DNA of 63,629 bases, counting the filler, from Vezdaea acicularis (taxonomy: Eukaryota): NCBI GenBank assembly GCA_026025075.1. It is 3 parts of 3 records of this genome, joined end to end, with 100 filler letters (N's around TTAATTAATTAA, not from the genome) between each part and the next. Parts side by side here need not be neighbours in the genome. Positions count along the whole stretch, not along the records: positions 1 to 24,913 come from JAPEUI010000180.1; positions 25,014 to 49,694 come from JAPEUI010000181.1; 1 more part is not named here. One strand, written 5' to 3'. This document shows, one piece after another, positions 24,461-35,529 of this stretch. The notes beneath the pieces were generated by a model that saw nothing but the letters and a program-made list of their open reading frames with translations, did no database searches and had not been told where the DNA came from. Position numbers and translations under genes: made by a program. Position 1 is the first letter of the stretch; every line of letters starts with the position of its first letter.

Positions 24461-24913
24461 AATACTATCTGTCAGGACAATGCTACCTGTCAGAACAACG
24501 CTACCTGTCCGAACAATACTATCTGTCCGGACAATACTACCTGTCAGGACAACACTACCTGTAAGGACAACGCTATTTGTCCAGACAATACTATCTGTCA
24601 GGACAACGCTATTTGTCAGAATAATGCTGTCTATTAGGATAACGCTATCTGTCAGAATAACGCTACCTATCCGAATAATGCTATCTGTCAGGACAAAGCT
24701 ATCCGTTAGGATAACGCTACTTGTCAGGACAACGTTACCTGTCAGGACAACGCTACTTGTCAGAACAACGCTATCTACCAAAATAACATTGCTTATCAGG
24801 ACAACATTGTCTATCAAGACAATGCTTTCTATCTGGACAACGCTATTTAGTAGAATAATGCTACTTATCAGGACAATGCAACTTATTGGGACAACGCTGC
24901 TTACCTGAATGAC
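24461..24913 (+). repeat. 18-bp tandem minisatellite, about 25 degenerate copies, consensus near GACAACGCTATCTGTCAG
   Basis: Strict 18-nt periodicity read directly over 453 bp with no indels noticed; runs into the N gap. Confidence 0.95.
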
Positions 24914-25013
24914 NNNNNNNNNNNNNNNNNNNNNNNNNNNNNNNNNNNNNNNNNNNNTTAATTAATTAANNNNNNNNNNNNNNNNNNNNNNNNNNNNNNN
25001 NNNNNNNNNNNNN
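24914..25013. other. Artificial scaffold gap: 44 N + TTAATTAATTAA + 44 N
   Basis: Exactly 100 nt with a palindromic six-frame stop linker; identical to the gap at 49695. Confidence 0.97.
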
Positions 25014-26146
25014 TCCAGGTCGTTGACCTCCATTTCTACCATTTCTCCATCCTCTAACTCTAGCATTCCTCTCTTAACATATGAATCACTCAGTTGCCAT
25101 CCAAACCTGGTAATCAGGTATTCCTCCAATTGCTCTAGAGTCTCTAGCACCTCTGAGGGTCCACCTCCCTTTCCAAACTCATCCTCCAAGCCTTTCCTAA
25201 AGATTTTGATGAGACGTTTCAAGAGCGACCCACCCTCATCACTGAGATCGAAGAGTCCGTCTTGGACATCGTCACAATGCTGGAGCTGCAAGCGAAGCGT
25301 GTTGAAACAATGAGCAAAGAGAGATGCGCGTTCTTTCACAGCTGACTTGCAGTTGAAGAACAGTACCAATATGCGTTTCCATTGCTCAAGGCAGGAATAA
25401 TTGTTGAGTGTTAGGACCATGAGAAAGGTGACTTGCATTTCCCCGATTATCTCTTTTGCGCTGGTCCCCTGAGGTAATTTTGATAGGATATGTCCAAGCA
25501 TCCAAGACCGATCTTGTGCATCTATAGTTCGTTCTCGTCCTACAGCCCCCGGCCTCCACGTCGCTTTCTGGTCCATCTCAATGAAGTGAAGTTCTGGCTG
25601 TTGGAGCTCTTTGATATCTGAGATTCCCGGAATGTCGTCTATATCTCCCTTATACGAACTAATAGTACTGAATGGGTAACTATTGTTAGCGCCTCCGGTA
25701 ATTCTTTGCAACAGCGACTGCGTGATGCAATTGGTCAGCTTCCCCCAGTCGTGCTTTTCCTCCACAGCGTCATCAGTATCCACTGACGCAGCTGACTGCC
25801 GATATGGCGATAAGCCGGTCTCCCAGATCATTCTAAGGTTCGCTTTCGCTTCCAGTACTTTGGCTCCATCAGTCTCGCTGACAAGCTCCTCTTTCTGCGC
25901 GTCCCACTTCTTCATATATACCTCTCGGGGCGTATTCTGCTCTGCGCTCGTCGGTACCTGGAACCACGTCCCAGTTCGGACCGAGAGATCTGTAGTTGTC
26001 CCCGTGTAAACAAAATGCCATCCTGCTGGTAGATTCTTGACGCCCTTAAATTGCGGACTTGATGTAAAAGAGACCAAGTCAATCCCACACAAAGCTTTTG
26101 GAGGAACATTGAGCATCAAAAGCACTGGGCTTTTGTCAGAGTTCAT
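25014..26146 (-). CDS. AAR2: AAR2 (U5 snRNP assembly factor), 3' end truncated by gap
   Basis: GIDLVSF...FKGVKNLPAGWHFVY, DRSWML, IGEMQVTFLMVLTLNNYSCLEQWKRIL, acidic C-terminus running into Ns. Confidence 0.9.
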
Positions 26147-26578
26147 ATTGATGGAAGCCTATACCACAAACTAAGTTGTAGTTCTCAAGGTTTTGCAGCC
26201 GAGATAAACAAGCGTCACGGCCTGGAAGGGCTGACATACTCTGCCACTGTCGTTGGTCATTTGGTCTGCAAAAAAAACTGTAGCCTCGATTTGAGGTTTC
26301 GATGAGGGTGAAGTGCGATCATTTTCGGTAAACATTGGTGGCCTTGACTGCAGTTCGTTAAGACTGAAAAGTCTCCGGAATCTTGAATTGACAATGATGG
26401 CGTCAGATAGGGATCACACAAAGCGTGCATAGAAGTCATATCAAAGCATTTACATTACTGGGTCCGCCATATGACATGCAGTGATATTAAAATTGGAGGG
26501 TTGAGAGCCAGGCCGAAGCCGTCCCTCGCGTGCTTGTCAACCATTTCAACCATCCAAACACCATCCTCGTTTCGCCAA

Positions 26579-27258
26579 CTAAAGACGACGACCTCTCCGA
26601 CCACCCTTGCGACGAGTGGAATCAGAAGGAGTTGGAGTAACGTCCTCGATCCGGCCGATCTTCATTCCTGAACGTGCAAGAGCTCTTAGAGCAGATTGAG
26701 CGCCCGGGCCAGGAGTCTTTGTGCCGTTGCCTGTTACACGTATCAGCTGGAAAACTTACCCGAGAGGCGGTGGTTGATAGTGTAGAGATAGTCAGGGAGC
26801 CCTACCTCCAGTTGCCCTGATCTTGATATGGAGAGCATTGATACCCAATTCCTTGCACCTAGCAGCGACTTCCTGGGCCGCCAACATAGCTGCGTAGGGA
26901 GACGATTCATCGCGATCTGCCTTGACTTTCATTCCACCAGTTACACGAGTAATGGTTTCGCGGCCACTGGAATCACCCAGCATATTAGCCTCTGAAACGC
27001 AATGAATATCCCAAGCCTCCCATGGCCTAGTGAACTTTATTGTGCTTCGTGTACGAACCTGAGATCGGTGACGTGGACGAAAGTATCGTTGAAAGATGCA
27101 AAAATGCGGGCAACGCCAAAGACGAGTTCACCTAACCAGAAAGTGTCAGTTCAGATTGGAAAGGGATATGCGATATTGCGATACTCACCATCGCGCACTT
27201 GCGGGCCCAAGGAGATATTCTCTTGAGCACTTCGCTCAACCTTCTTCTTTGGAGGCAT
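26579..27258 (-). CDS. RPS14: 40S ribosomal protein S14 (uS11); 4 exons, introns 27132-27188, 26967-27058, about 26731-26804
   Basis: Spliced MPPKKK...[86 protein letters not shown]. Confidence 0.98.
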
Positions 27259-27330
27259 GGTTGCTATCTAAGATGTGTAGCTCAATGTGGAGGTTTATCG
27301 TGAGATGTTGAACTCAGAAAATGTGTGCCT

Positions 27331-27340
27331 GTTAGGGTTT
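27331..27340 (-). promoter_or_regulatory. AAACCCTAAC (telo-box/CCCTAA-type) motif upstream of RPS14
   Basis: gttagggttt lies about 75 bp upstream of the RPS14 ATG; CCCTAA-type motifs are common in fungal ribosomal protein promoters. Confidence 0.45.
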
Positions 27341-27406
27341 CCGCGGTTCGCTTGTGTGAAAGTCGCGCTAGTGTCGTTCTAAGCCTAGAAATATTCCTCG
27401 CGAGCT

Positions 27407-27413
27407 TGAGTCA
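27407..27413. promoter_or_regulatory. Gcn4/CpcA response element (TGAGTCA) upstream of TYR1
   Basis: Perfect 7-mer about 63 bp upstream of the ATG of an amino-acid biosynthetic gene. Confidence 0.55.
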
Positions 27414-27475
27414 ACCTCATCCTCTGACCCCAAGACAATGATCCCACATTAAACTCTACAGAAAACCCCCTAGCG

Positions 27476-29422
27476 ATGGGGGATTCAATCACACCCGCAG
27501 AGATGCATGGTGTCTCTGTCGGCATCATTGGTATGGGTGATATGGGAAGAATGTATGCGAAGCGGATCAGTGCCGCTGGCTGGAGGTAATGTGAGTTTGC
27601 TGCGTTCCTTTCTGGCTCTGCCTCTACTCGCTACAATGATGACTTGAGTGCATTTGGCTCGAGTACTGTCTCTCCCTGGACTGGCTATCATCTTGATGCC
27701 AGCGCTAGTGTTTGGCCGTCAATGATGTAAATTCTCAGCTACCTAAAATTTTCTTGTCTGATGCAGTTTTGATTCTCGTCTCCCAGCTTTCGTGTATTAT
27801 GCAACGACTTACCGCTGACGTCTATGTCAGATAGCTCAAGGAACGGATCAAGAATGGTAACGCTGATTATGCTGGCTGGTCCAGAGTCAACGCTTGTGAC
27901 CGCGAGAAGAATTTTGAAGCTTTACGAGAAGACTTCTCTGGAACGGTAGAGCCTACTTGTATATAGCATGGGGATATCTTACTGAGCAAAGCGTAGAGTA
28001 ATCTTCATATTTACCCGAATGGCCACCTAGTTTCAAGAAAAAGTGACTACATTATCTATGGCGTAGAAGCTGAGAACATTGGCGAGGTCGTTGCTCAATA
28101 TGGCCTATGTATGAGCACTGCATCCTGCTCTTTAAACAGTATACTTACGATCGAGCAGCCACGAAGGAGGGAGCAATCGTTGGAGGACAGACATCCTGTA
28201 AAGCACCTGAAATAGCAGCATTCGAGAAACATCTCCCACCAGACGTAGACATAATCTCCTGTCATTCCTTACATGGCCCATTGGTTGATCCACGCGGCCA
28301 ACCCCTGGTATGATCTCCTTATGTCCCAGAAGATTATTGTTGGTGTTTATGTTAGTCGAAGGTCATAATCAAGCATAGAGCATCAGACAAGAGTGCCAAG
28401 CTTGTGGAGAAAATCCTCTCGTGCTTTGGCTCGAAGCATGTCTACCTCACGGCCGAAAGGCATGACCGGATCACCGCAGACACCCAAGCAGTGACGCACG
28501 CTGCCTTTCTGAGGTAAGCCCTTGACCTACCCAGTGCATCTAAAGGGTTTTCCACCCTTGCTGACATTTGCTATCTAGTATGGGTACAGCATGGCGAGCA
28601 AACAACCAATTCCCATGGGAAATCTCACGCTACATCGGCGGCATCGAAAACGTCAAGATCAACGTAACTCTCCGAATCTACTCCAACAAATGGCACATCT
28701 ACGCCGGCCTCGCCATCCTGAACCCGTCCGCAAAGGAACAGATAAGACAATACGCCAAGTCCGTGACCGAGCTGTACAAACTGATGCTCGGCGGGCATCG
28801 GCAAGAGCTCGAGGAGCGAGTCAAGAAGGCCGGCGCGGCGGTCTTCAAGACAGAAGGCTGGTCTGGCAAGCTACTGCTTAGAGACGAGCTTCTGGACGAT
28901 TTCTCGCTCGGGAAACGCCCGGATGTTCAGATGCCGAATAATCATCTAAGTCTACTCGCTATGGTCGATTGTTGGTGGAAACTCGGCATTATTCCGTATG
29001 ATCATATGATTTGCTCCACGCCCGTAAGTGCCTTTCCGGAGAGGAACTGCGACCCCAAAGACTGACACCGTATCCAGCCTTTCCGCCTCTGGCTAGGCGT
29101 GACCGAGTATCTATACCGCAAGCCACAGCTACTAGACGAGGCGATCAAGACAGCAATAGAGGACGACACCTTCCGCTCCGACGACCTGGAGTTCACGTTT
29201 GCTGCACGAGTAAGTCACTTACCTTTTCTCTGCTTTGCTATTGCGGCAAGAAATAACTCACTTCCGCAGGGTTGGAGCGAATGTGTCTCGTTCGGCGACT
29301 TTGATAGCTATCAGCATCGATTCGAGAGTATCCAGGAGTATTTCGCTCCCAGGTTTCCGGAGGCGACTAGGGTGGGGAATGAGATGATTAACACCATATT
29401 ACGGAAGACTGGGGAGAGCTGA
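27476..29422 (+). CDS. TYR1: Prephenate dehydrogenase; multi-exon, with a long first intron 27586-27884
   Basis: Rossmann motif VGIIGMGDMGRMY, NGHLVSRKSDYIIY, GAIVGGQTSCKAPEI, SCHSLHGP, HDRITADTQAVTHAAFLSMG, YSNKWHIYAGLAILNP, HMICSTP. Confidence 0.96.
27631..27764 (+). ncRNA. snR13: Box C/D snoRNA, snR13 (SNORD15)-like, intronic in TYR1
   Basis: C box ATGATGA 27636-27642, D box CTGA 27758-27761, C'-like ATGATGT 27722-27728. Guide GCATTTGGCT is complementary to LSU rRNA AGCCAAAUGC. GAGTGCATTTGGCTCGAGT and the downstream GCTACCT block match yeast snR13 as I recall it. Confidence 0.85.
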
Positions 29423-29648
29423 AAGGCGGGCCGAAAAACGTTATACTCGTAAAGTCATGCTTCACATTCCTCTTCTGTCAGAAAACTTGCGTGATGAAGG
29501 TGGATTACCTCATTTTGCTGTGTCAACGATCCTATTTAGAAAGAAACAAAATCATCGCTACCAACCACTTGACAATGTCCATGAATGCCAACAACGCCGA
29601 ATCTTCAGCATGCTAGGTACAAAAGAAAAAACATAACACCATGATAGC

Positions 29649-31000
29649 TCACATCTGAGCCATGTCCCTCTCGCTGCTGCTTGGAGTCGCTCCCATGCTC
29701 CCAGTGATTTTCTCACCTGTCTCGCCCTTGCCAGCACTCCTCCGACCATTGATGGACGATATGATGATGACAGCGAGATAGGTTAAGCCGATGATGCCCA
29801 CAACGACGCCGTATGCGATCTTGCCTCCATGCGTGTTGTCCGAGAGCTTCAGCCCCAACCCTCCATTGATCATGCCCAGGATGATAAGCACCCGGCCCAT
29901 CCAGATATGCGCATAAGAGACCAGCGTGCGCTGCTGGTGTTTCTTGTATAGCATGTGATGCAAGATGCCACCCCACGGTTGGAAGAAGAGGAGTGAGACA
30001 ATGATAACCCCAAGAATGGGATGGCAGGTATCGGTCCATTCCTGCTTGGTCTGAGCAGTCCAAGCACCAAGGCCTAGACCCACAATGGCTAGCACGTAGG
30101 CAAAGAGCTGCCAGATACCATGGATCCAGACGAGGCCGGGGAAGCTAAGGACGCGAATGATGATAGCGCCGACTGGGAAGAGGAAGCCAAAGGTTATGCC
30201 CATGATGATTCCATGCGCTTCGATTATCCGGGCTAACTTCGTCTTGGTACCTCCAACTGCAGAGCTGCCACCTGAGGAGCCGCCAGAGGAGCCGCCTGCA
30301 GCAGCAGTGGGCTGGGAGGCACCGCTGCTGGACGATCCTGAAGCACCAGGGGCAGCAGCAGCGACGAAGGGGTTGTTGGTCGATGTAGTTTCGGTAGCTT
30401 TGGTTAGATCGAACTTGAAGGGCTGGTTGATATCGTGTTGAGCAAGGTTCTCGGAGGTCGAGTCAGAGCTGATCGGGTCACCTTTCTTGGCGGAGTAGAT
30501 CCAGCTCGACGAGCTCGACTTTGGGTCCAATGTCCCGCCACTCCAGCTGATGCAGCTTGAACACCGCACGTTCGCTGTCATGATACCGCCGCTGATGCCT
30601 GTTCCATCAAGGAGGGTCACTTTCGCATCTGGGTTGAATAGAGGCTGGAACTCGCCCTTGCCGAGTCGGGGGGAGAGCGTGACGTTCTTGCCATCTGCGG
30701 AAGCGTAGATGATGAAGATGTTGGAACCTTGCATCTGACCGCCCTCACCAAGCGCAATCCATTGGTAGCTCGTTGGGCCGCTGATCTGGAAGAAGATATC
30801 GCCGTTGCCAGAGCTGGCAGTAGCGCCGGGGATGCTGACTTGATATTTGATACCTTGACCGTCAGAAGGGGAGAAAGATACAAGCTGAGCGTAGGTAGCG
30901 GAAGCTATAAGAGGGGTTGTTAATACATCCCTAGTTATCAGGATGTTTAAGAATATATCTTACCAAGTGTCAGAAGGCTGCAAATGAGTGAGAACCTCAT
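29649..31000 (-). CDS. Membrane protein with signal peptide, CDH-cytochrome/DOMON heme domain and cytochrome b561 domain; intron 30905-30963
   Basis: Spliced start MRFSLICSLLTLASATYAQ; WIALGEGGQM (Met ligand), LSPR, ANVRCSSC, AQH (His ligand); TM histidines AHG, IHG, CHP, AHIWMGR. Confidence 0.88.
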
Positions 31001-33846
31001 GATGACTTGAAGTGTTGGTTTTACCGCGAGAGAAATCTCGAAGGAGCCAGTCTATTCAAGAGATCTCTAGGGTTGGATGACCCACTTCGTCTGGATGGAT
31101 GACCTCAGGACCGTTAATGGATAATCCAAGAGTAAACGAGGGGTCTATCGCAAATGATATGTGGAGTTGAGCGCTTGGCCTAGGAGGACTCGTAAGTAGC
31201 CGAGAGTTGTTGACAATGTTCCGTGACTATTTAAAGTTCAAAAGAGTGAAGCCACGAAAGAAGGGTGCGCGTAAAACGATGGATTGCGCACTGCACGAAC
31301 TGGAGATTTGAGTCAGAAAAGCTGCGAGTCGAGACAGGAACCGCGAAAGGCGTCGTGTGGTCTTAAGGCACGCAAACCAAGCCGTCTGTCTCCTTTGAGA
31401 CGACAAGGCCGGGTAGCTTCGCGCTAAGAATGAGCTACTTCGGATCTGGAAACTGCCGCGCTCCACCCAGATCGGCTGAGGCTACACAGGATTCCTCGCT
31501 AAGAAGCACGGTTCCCTTCAACGCAAGACCATGGCCATAGAGTTGGGGGCCTTGTGCGATTAGAAAGAGATTGGAAATCAACATTACGATCTTTCGAACG
31601 GAAGTTCTCCGCGATTTGGGTCTAAAGGCGTGATCCCGTTCTCTCGGGACCGCCGTCATTGGTGGTTTGGCCGCCATGGCTCTGCACAGCCCCACTGCGA
31701 AGCTGGGACATGGAATGCCTGGTTGCTATGAGGTGCTAGCAGATAGCATTCGATGACCATACAAACAAGCCATCAGATAAGCCCGGTATGTAAGATAATC
31801 AAACTCCATACAAAAACCCCGGATGAACTGCGCGTTTGCTGCCGTGAAACGACTAGACCCCGGCGGAGCTTCTCATGCGCCACAAACGGGCCGCGTGGCT
31901 CCCCTTCGCATGTCGCTTGGATCGGCGTTCCTTGGTGCGCTCATCATGAACTACGGGGCCAGAAATGATGGTGCCACAGGCATGACAATTGCTCTGCGTC
32001 TCAATGCTCGAGCACATCGATGACGCTCATGAAACCCAAAGCTCATGATTTGGTTCGAGGTTTTTGAGTTAAGCGAGTTCCCGCTAATGCAATCTGGGAT
32101 GGACACTAAGGGCGCTAATCTCTTTTGGAGCTATCATGCCGTCAGCCAGAATAGCGCGGATGCTGGTCGACCCGTCCTTTCGCTCCATCGAAACCGTGCT
32201 CCTAGGATGTGCGAGGATCTTCGAATATGCACCGTTTGCCTACGATAGATTCTGCTGTCCAATGGCAACGATCGCGTTTGTCACTGACGTTGAATGAAGC
32301 CTTTTCGCCATGCGCCGTCTCGTGCTCTTATGCATGTCCGGGGTTGTCAAGCCGCCACACCTTACCTGGACTATCATCTTCCTGTCAGAATGACGATAAA
32401 TAGTGGATCCTTGCTAGGGCAATGAGAGCCGAAGATAGACATTGAAATGTGGAGTGATGTGGGATTAAGAGTTCTGACCTAAATCGACCACATTTAGATA
32501 CTTATATTGCTAACTGAAGCCGCGGCATTCTCAGCTGAGCGGTGTTACCAAAGTCTTCTGCCTTACTCTAGTAAATACCTGACCACAAATGCTCTGATTA
32601 TGAGCGGCATGTTATATGCCGTGTACCCGTTCTTTCCCTTTCTCAGTTCGGTAATCTATTATCGGGGATACGTCGGCTTCTTGCAAGGTATAGCCATACT
32701 TGGGCGGATCTCCCAAACCTCCTGGCCTTTCCCATTGCCTGACTATAGAGCTTGATACTGTTTCTGCAGACCACCTCTCTGCAGCGTGCCTCCACATTAT
32801 GGATATAGTCTAAAACTTGGATTATCTCCTCATTCTCGCTACTCTTGATTAACCGCTGCTTTTCAACCAGATCCAGGTGTGTGGGACGCAAGCATGCATT
32901 CGGAGATACGCTCACTCTGCACAACTTTACAATTGCTGTGTGCATATGCTCGTATATATGATTTTGCACCTACAGACCAAGCAATTAATTAGTTTGGCCA
33001 TACGACGACTTTCTTTCACTTGATAAGAATCAACGCGTTATGATCGAGACTGACATTGATCCTGTTATTTTGCGTACTTTGGCGCCAACTTTATCAATAT
33101 GATTGATTTGCGCTGATCTAGTATAAGGCTGGACATTGGGTGGTTCAATACATGTCGAATATTGAGACGCTTCATCGTTGAATTGATTGCAGCTCTAGAT
33201 GATGCTAAGGCGAAGAACAAAAAGGGTCGCGCAGAGAACTTCCTATCCAGTAGCTTTCCAGCGCTTGCAACCTCTCCAAGGAGTCAAGAAGGCACTTGCA
33301 GAAGCCATTTTCCGGGCCTTGCAGAGGACCAAGCTTAATATAGATGATCATCCTTTGTAGCTCAGTCGGCAATGTGCCAAGTAGCGAGCACCTTCAAGGT
33401 TTTCGACGTCCGATTTAGAACGAAATGCAGACGAATCATTCTCATGCTAAGACATGATAAAGCATTGACCAAGAGAAAAATGTTGCTTGACTATTGTAGA
33501 CCAACAACTCCCTACTACCACGAGGGTGATCATGTCCAACATGATTCCAGATAAGCCGTGAAACGACAAATCGGGTTCATCTCATGAGCTTGATCTCAGA
33601 GAAGGCCGGGACTCTCTGGCAAAGGCCTTGTATTACGGCAACATTTCTCAAGCGTTCGTCCGAGCAAGCGTGTTGGTGCGTGAGAGACCCTGAGGTTGAA
33701 ATTAGGAAAGCGCTAATTCGGCACGCGCTAATATCATGTCGCGAGGGTGCGTGCGCATGCAGCTGTCTATTTGCATCCCCAGCTTGCTTTCTATTGCACC
33801 CTCTCGTACGTTGAGAGTTGTTCGCATTTTGTAACAAACTGCCAAG

Positions 33847-35529
33847 ATGGCAGAGACTGTTACAATAGACAAGGCGTATTTTCAGACTTTGCTACGTCGG
33901 TATGTTTCAATTCATTTACGAACACTGGCTTAAGCTTATGGAGCATTCCGCTAACCGCTGCTTTTCTGGATAGGGCAGAGTCTGTGAGTTGTCCAAACAT
34001 ATATCAAATTGACCAACTGACAAGCCGATTCAGCGTGCAACGGGCAAGGACTTGACGACCCCAATCGACCTGGTCACTGTTGCTATCCCTAAAGTGGACC
34101 ATGACAACCTCGTAAGCATCTCCTTTGAGACCTAGCAACTTGACAATAAGCCTAAGTCCGATACCTTTCATATATGTGGTCATCAATCGTATCAGCCCGC
34201 ACATGACTTATCTGGAAGGACTAAAGCTAACATTTGCTATATCATTAGCTCCGTACCGCCCGCGAATATAGTAAGAGAACCAATGAAAGCCTTTTGGCCG
34301 TGCCTTTACGCTGACACTAGATTCTTCCTAGACCGTCTCCGCGAAGCGCTGTATCGTGGTGGGATAACGCCCGACACTCTTGAAGTATGCTAGTTCTTAC
34401 AAAGTCAAGAGGCGCCTGCTGAACTCGGACAGGTTCTCATCAAAGATCGTCTATCCGGCGAAGACTCGCTTGAGTCAGTTGGTCCATACGCTGCTACAGA
34501 AGATGATTCGTATTCCGGTGATCGATCCTCGTTCACTCAAATCCCCAGTGGGCAGCCTCGGAGCCAACTATGGTCGTCTTCCAACGGGGGTGTACCCTTG
34601 AAGTCAAGATGGGGCCGAGGAGAGAACAACCCAGGTTTTGGATATGACATCGCGTCTTATGCATCAGACTATCAGAACGAAAAAGAAGAAGGCGGCTGGA
34701 ATGCTACCGACCATGGAAAGGATAGACGTCAACAGTACGGTCGCCACGATAAGCGTTCGATTCTGCTTTCCAATTTGTCGGACCGCACAACGGTTAAGGA
34801 TATAGTTGATGTCATTCTAGGTGGCATGCTTCTAGATGTCCATCTCCGCAATGATCGTGTAGCTAGCGTCTCTTTTGTCGAAGGAGAGAATGCGCAAGAG
34901 TTCATGAAGTATGCCAAGCGGAACGACATTTATATTCATGACAAAAGGGTAAGACAGGCATGAAACTTAATGAACACTTGAGACACTTTCTGATGTACTT
35001 ACTCTAGGTCGAGATTCGTTGGGCTGACCGCCAGTTCGTCCTTTCGCCCCACGTGTCCAATAAGATCTCTAGCGGCGTTACTCGTAATCTGTTCCTTCGC
35101 AATGTTAACGACCGCATTAGTGAAGAAGGCCTCCGTAACGACCTTGAGCATATCCACAACCTGGTCATCATAAGTGTTTCTTTCCGAGGCCAAAACGCTT
35201 ATGTCTCGACAAACTCCGTCAACAACGCGATGTTCGCTCGGACTTGCATGATGTCCCGTGCGATTTATCGTGGAGTTCAGATCGAGTTCTTTGAAGATGC
35301 ATGTTCAGCACCAATACCAAGGCAAGCCTCCGCCGTCAAGAAGGAGAACGTACCAGCAAAGCTCCAACGCATTTCTTCAGCAAATCGGTTCAACCTTTTG
35401 AATGCAGACGAAAGCGAGGACGGCTCTCAAGACGAACATGGCGAAGAGGAAAGTACCATTTCCTACTTGCCTAACTACAAGCGCAGTCAATCAGCTAGCT
35501 GGGCGGAGACTAGTGTTGCTGCTGGTTAG
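33847..35529 (+). CDS. RRM-domain RNA-binding protein (two degenerate RRMs); 7 exons: 33847-33899, 33974-33983, 34034-34111, 34249-34270, 34332-34384, 34433-34948, 35008-35529
   Basis: All six introns have GT..CTRAC..AG signals and keep frame from MAETVTIDKAYFQTLLRR. RRM-like RSILLSNL...ASVSF and TRNLFLRN...LRNDLEHIHNL...AMFARTCMMSR. Confidence 0.82.

Larger units (their letters stand above)
22636..24913 (+). mobile_element. pogo/Fot1-like (Tc1-mariner superfamily) DNA transposon; right end lost in scaffold gap
   Basis: TA at 22634-22635, then a probable left TIR (22636-22676), an intact transposase ORF and an internal tandem array. No right TIR is seen before the N gap. Confidence 0.85.

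Noticed and set aside
24461..24913. 18-bp array as a CRISPR-like locus
   Set aside because: Units are head-to-tail with no unique spacers, no cas genes are present, and the context is eukaryotic.
24958..24969. TTAATTAATTAA palindrome inside N runs (also 49739-49750)
   Set aside because: Assembly linker placing stops in all six frames. ORF ends of AAR2 and the Usp gene at these sites are artefacts, and true distances across the gaps are unknown.
26731..26804. Internal GTAAGT in RPS14 intron 3 as an alternative donor or nested intron
   Set aside because: It would leave an intron of only about 29 nt, and no nested-intron arrangement fits.
32361..32369. CTTACCTGG resembling the U1 snRNA 5' end
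   Set aside because: Lacks the ATA start and the U1 loop and Sm motifs.
32612..32969. Minus-strand ORFs of 108 and 61 aa preceded by a branch/acceptor-like signal
   Set aside because: No recognisable domain and no consistent spliced model could be assembled.
33357..33412. tRNA-like A box TAGCTCAGTCGG with a downstream GGTTTTCGACGTCC
   Set aside because: B box is off-consensus and no acceptor or anticodon stems can be built.
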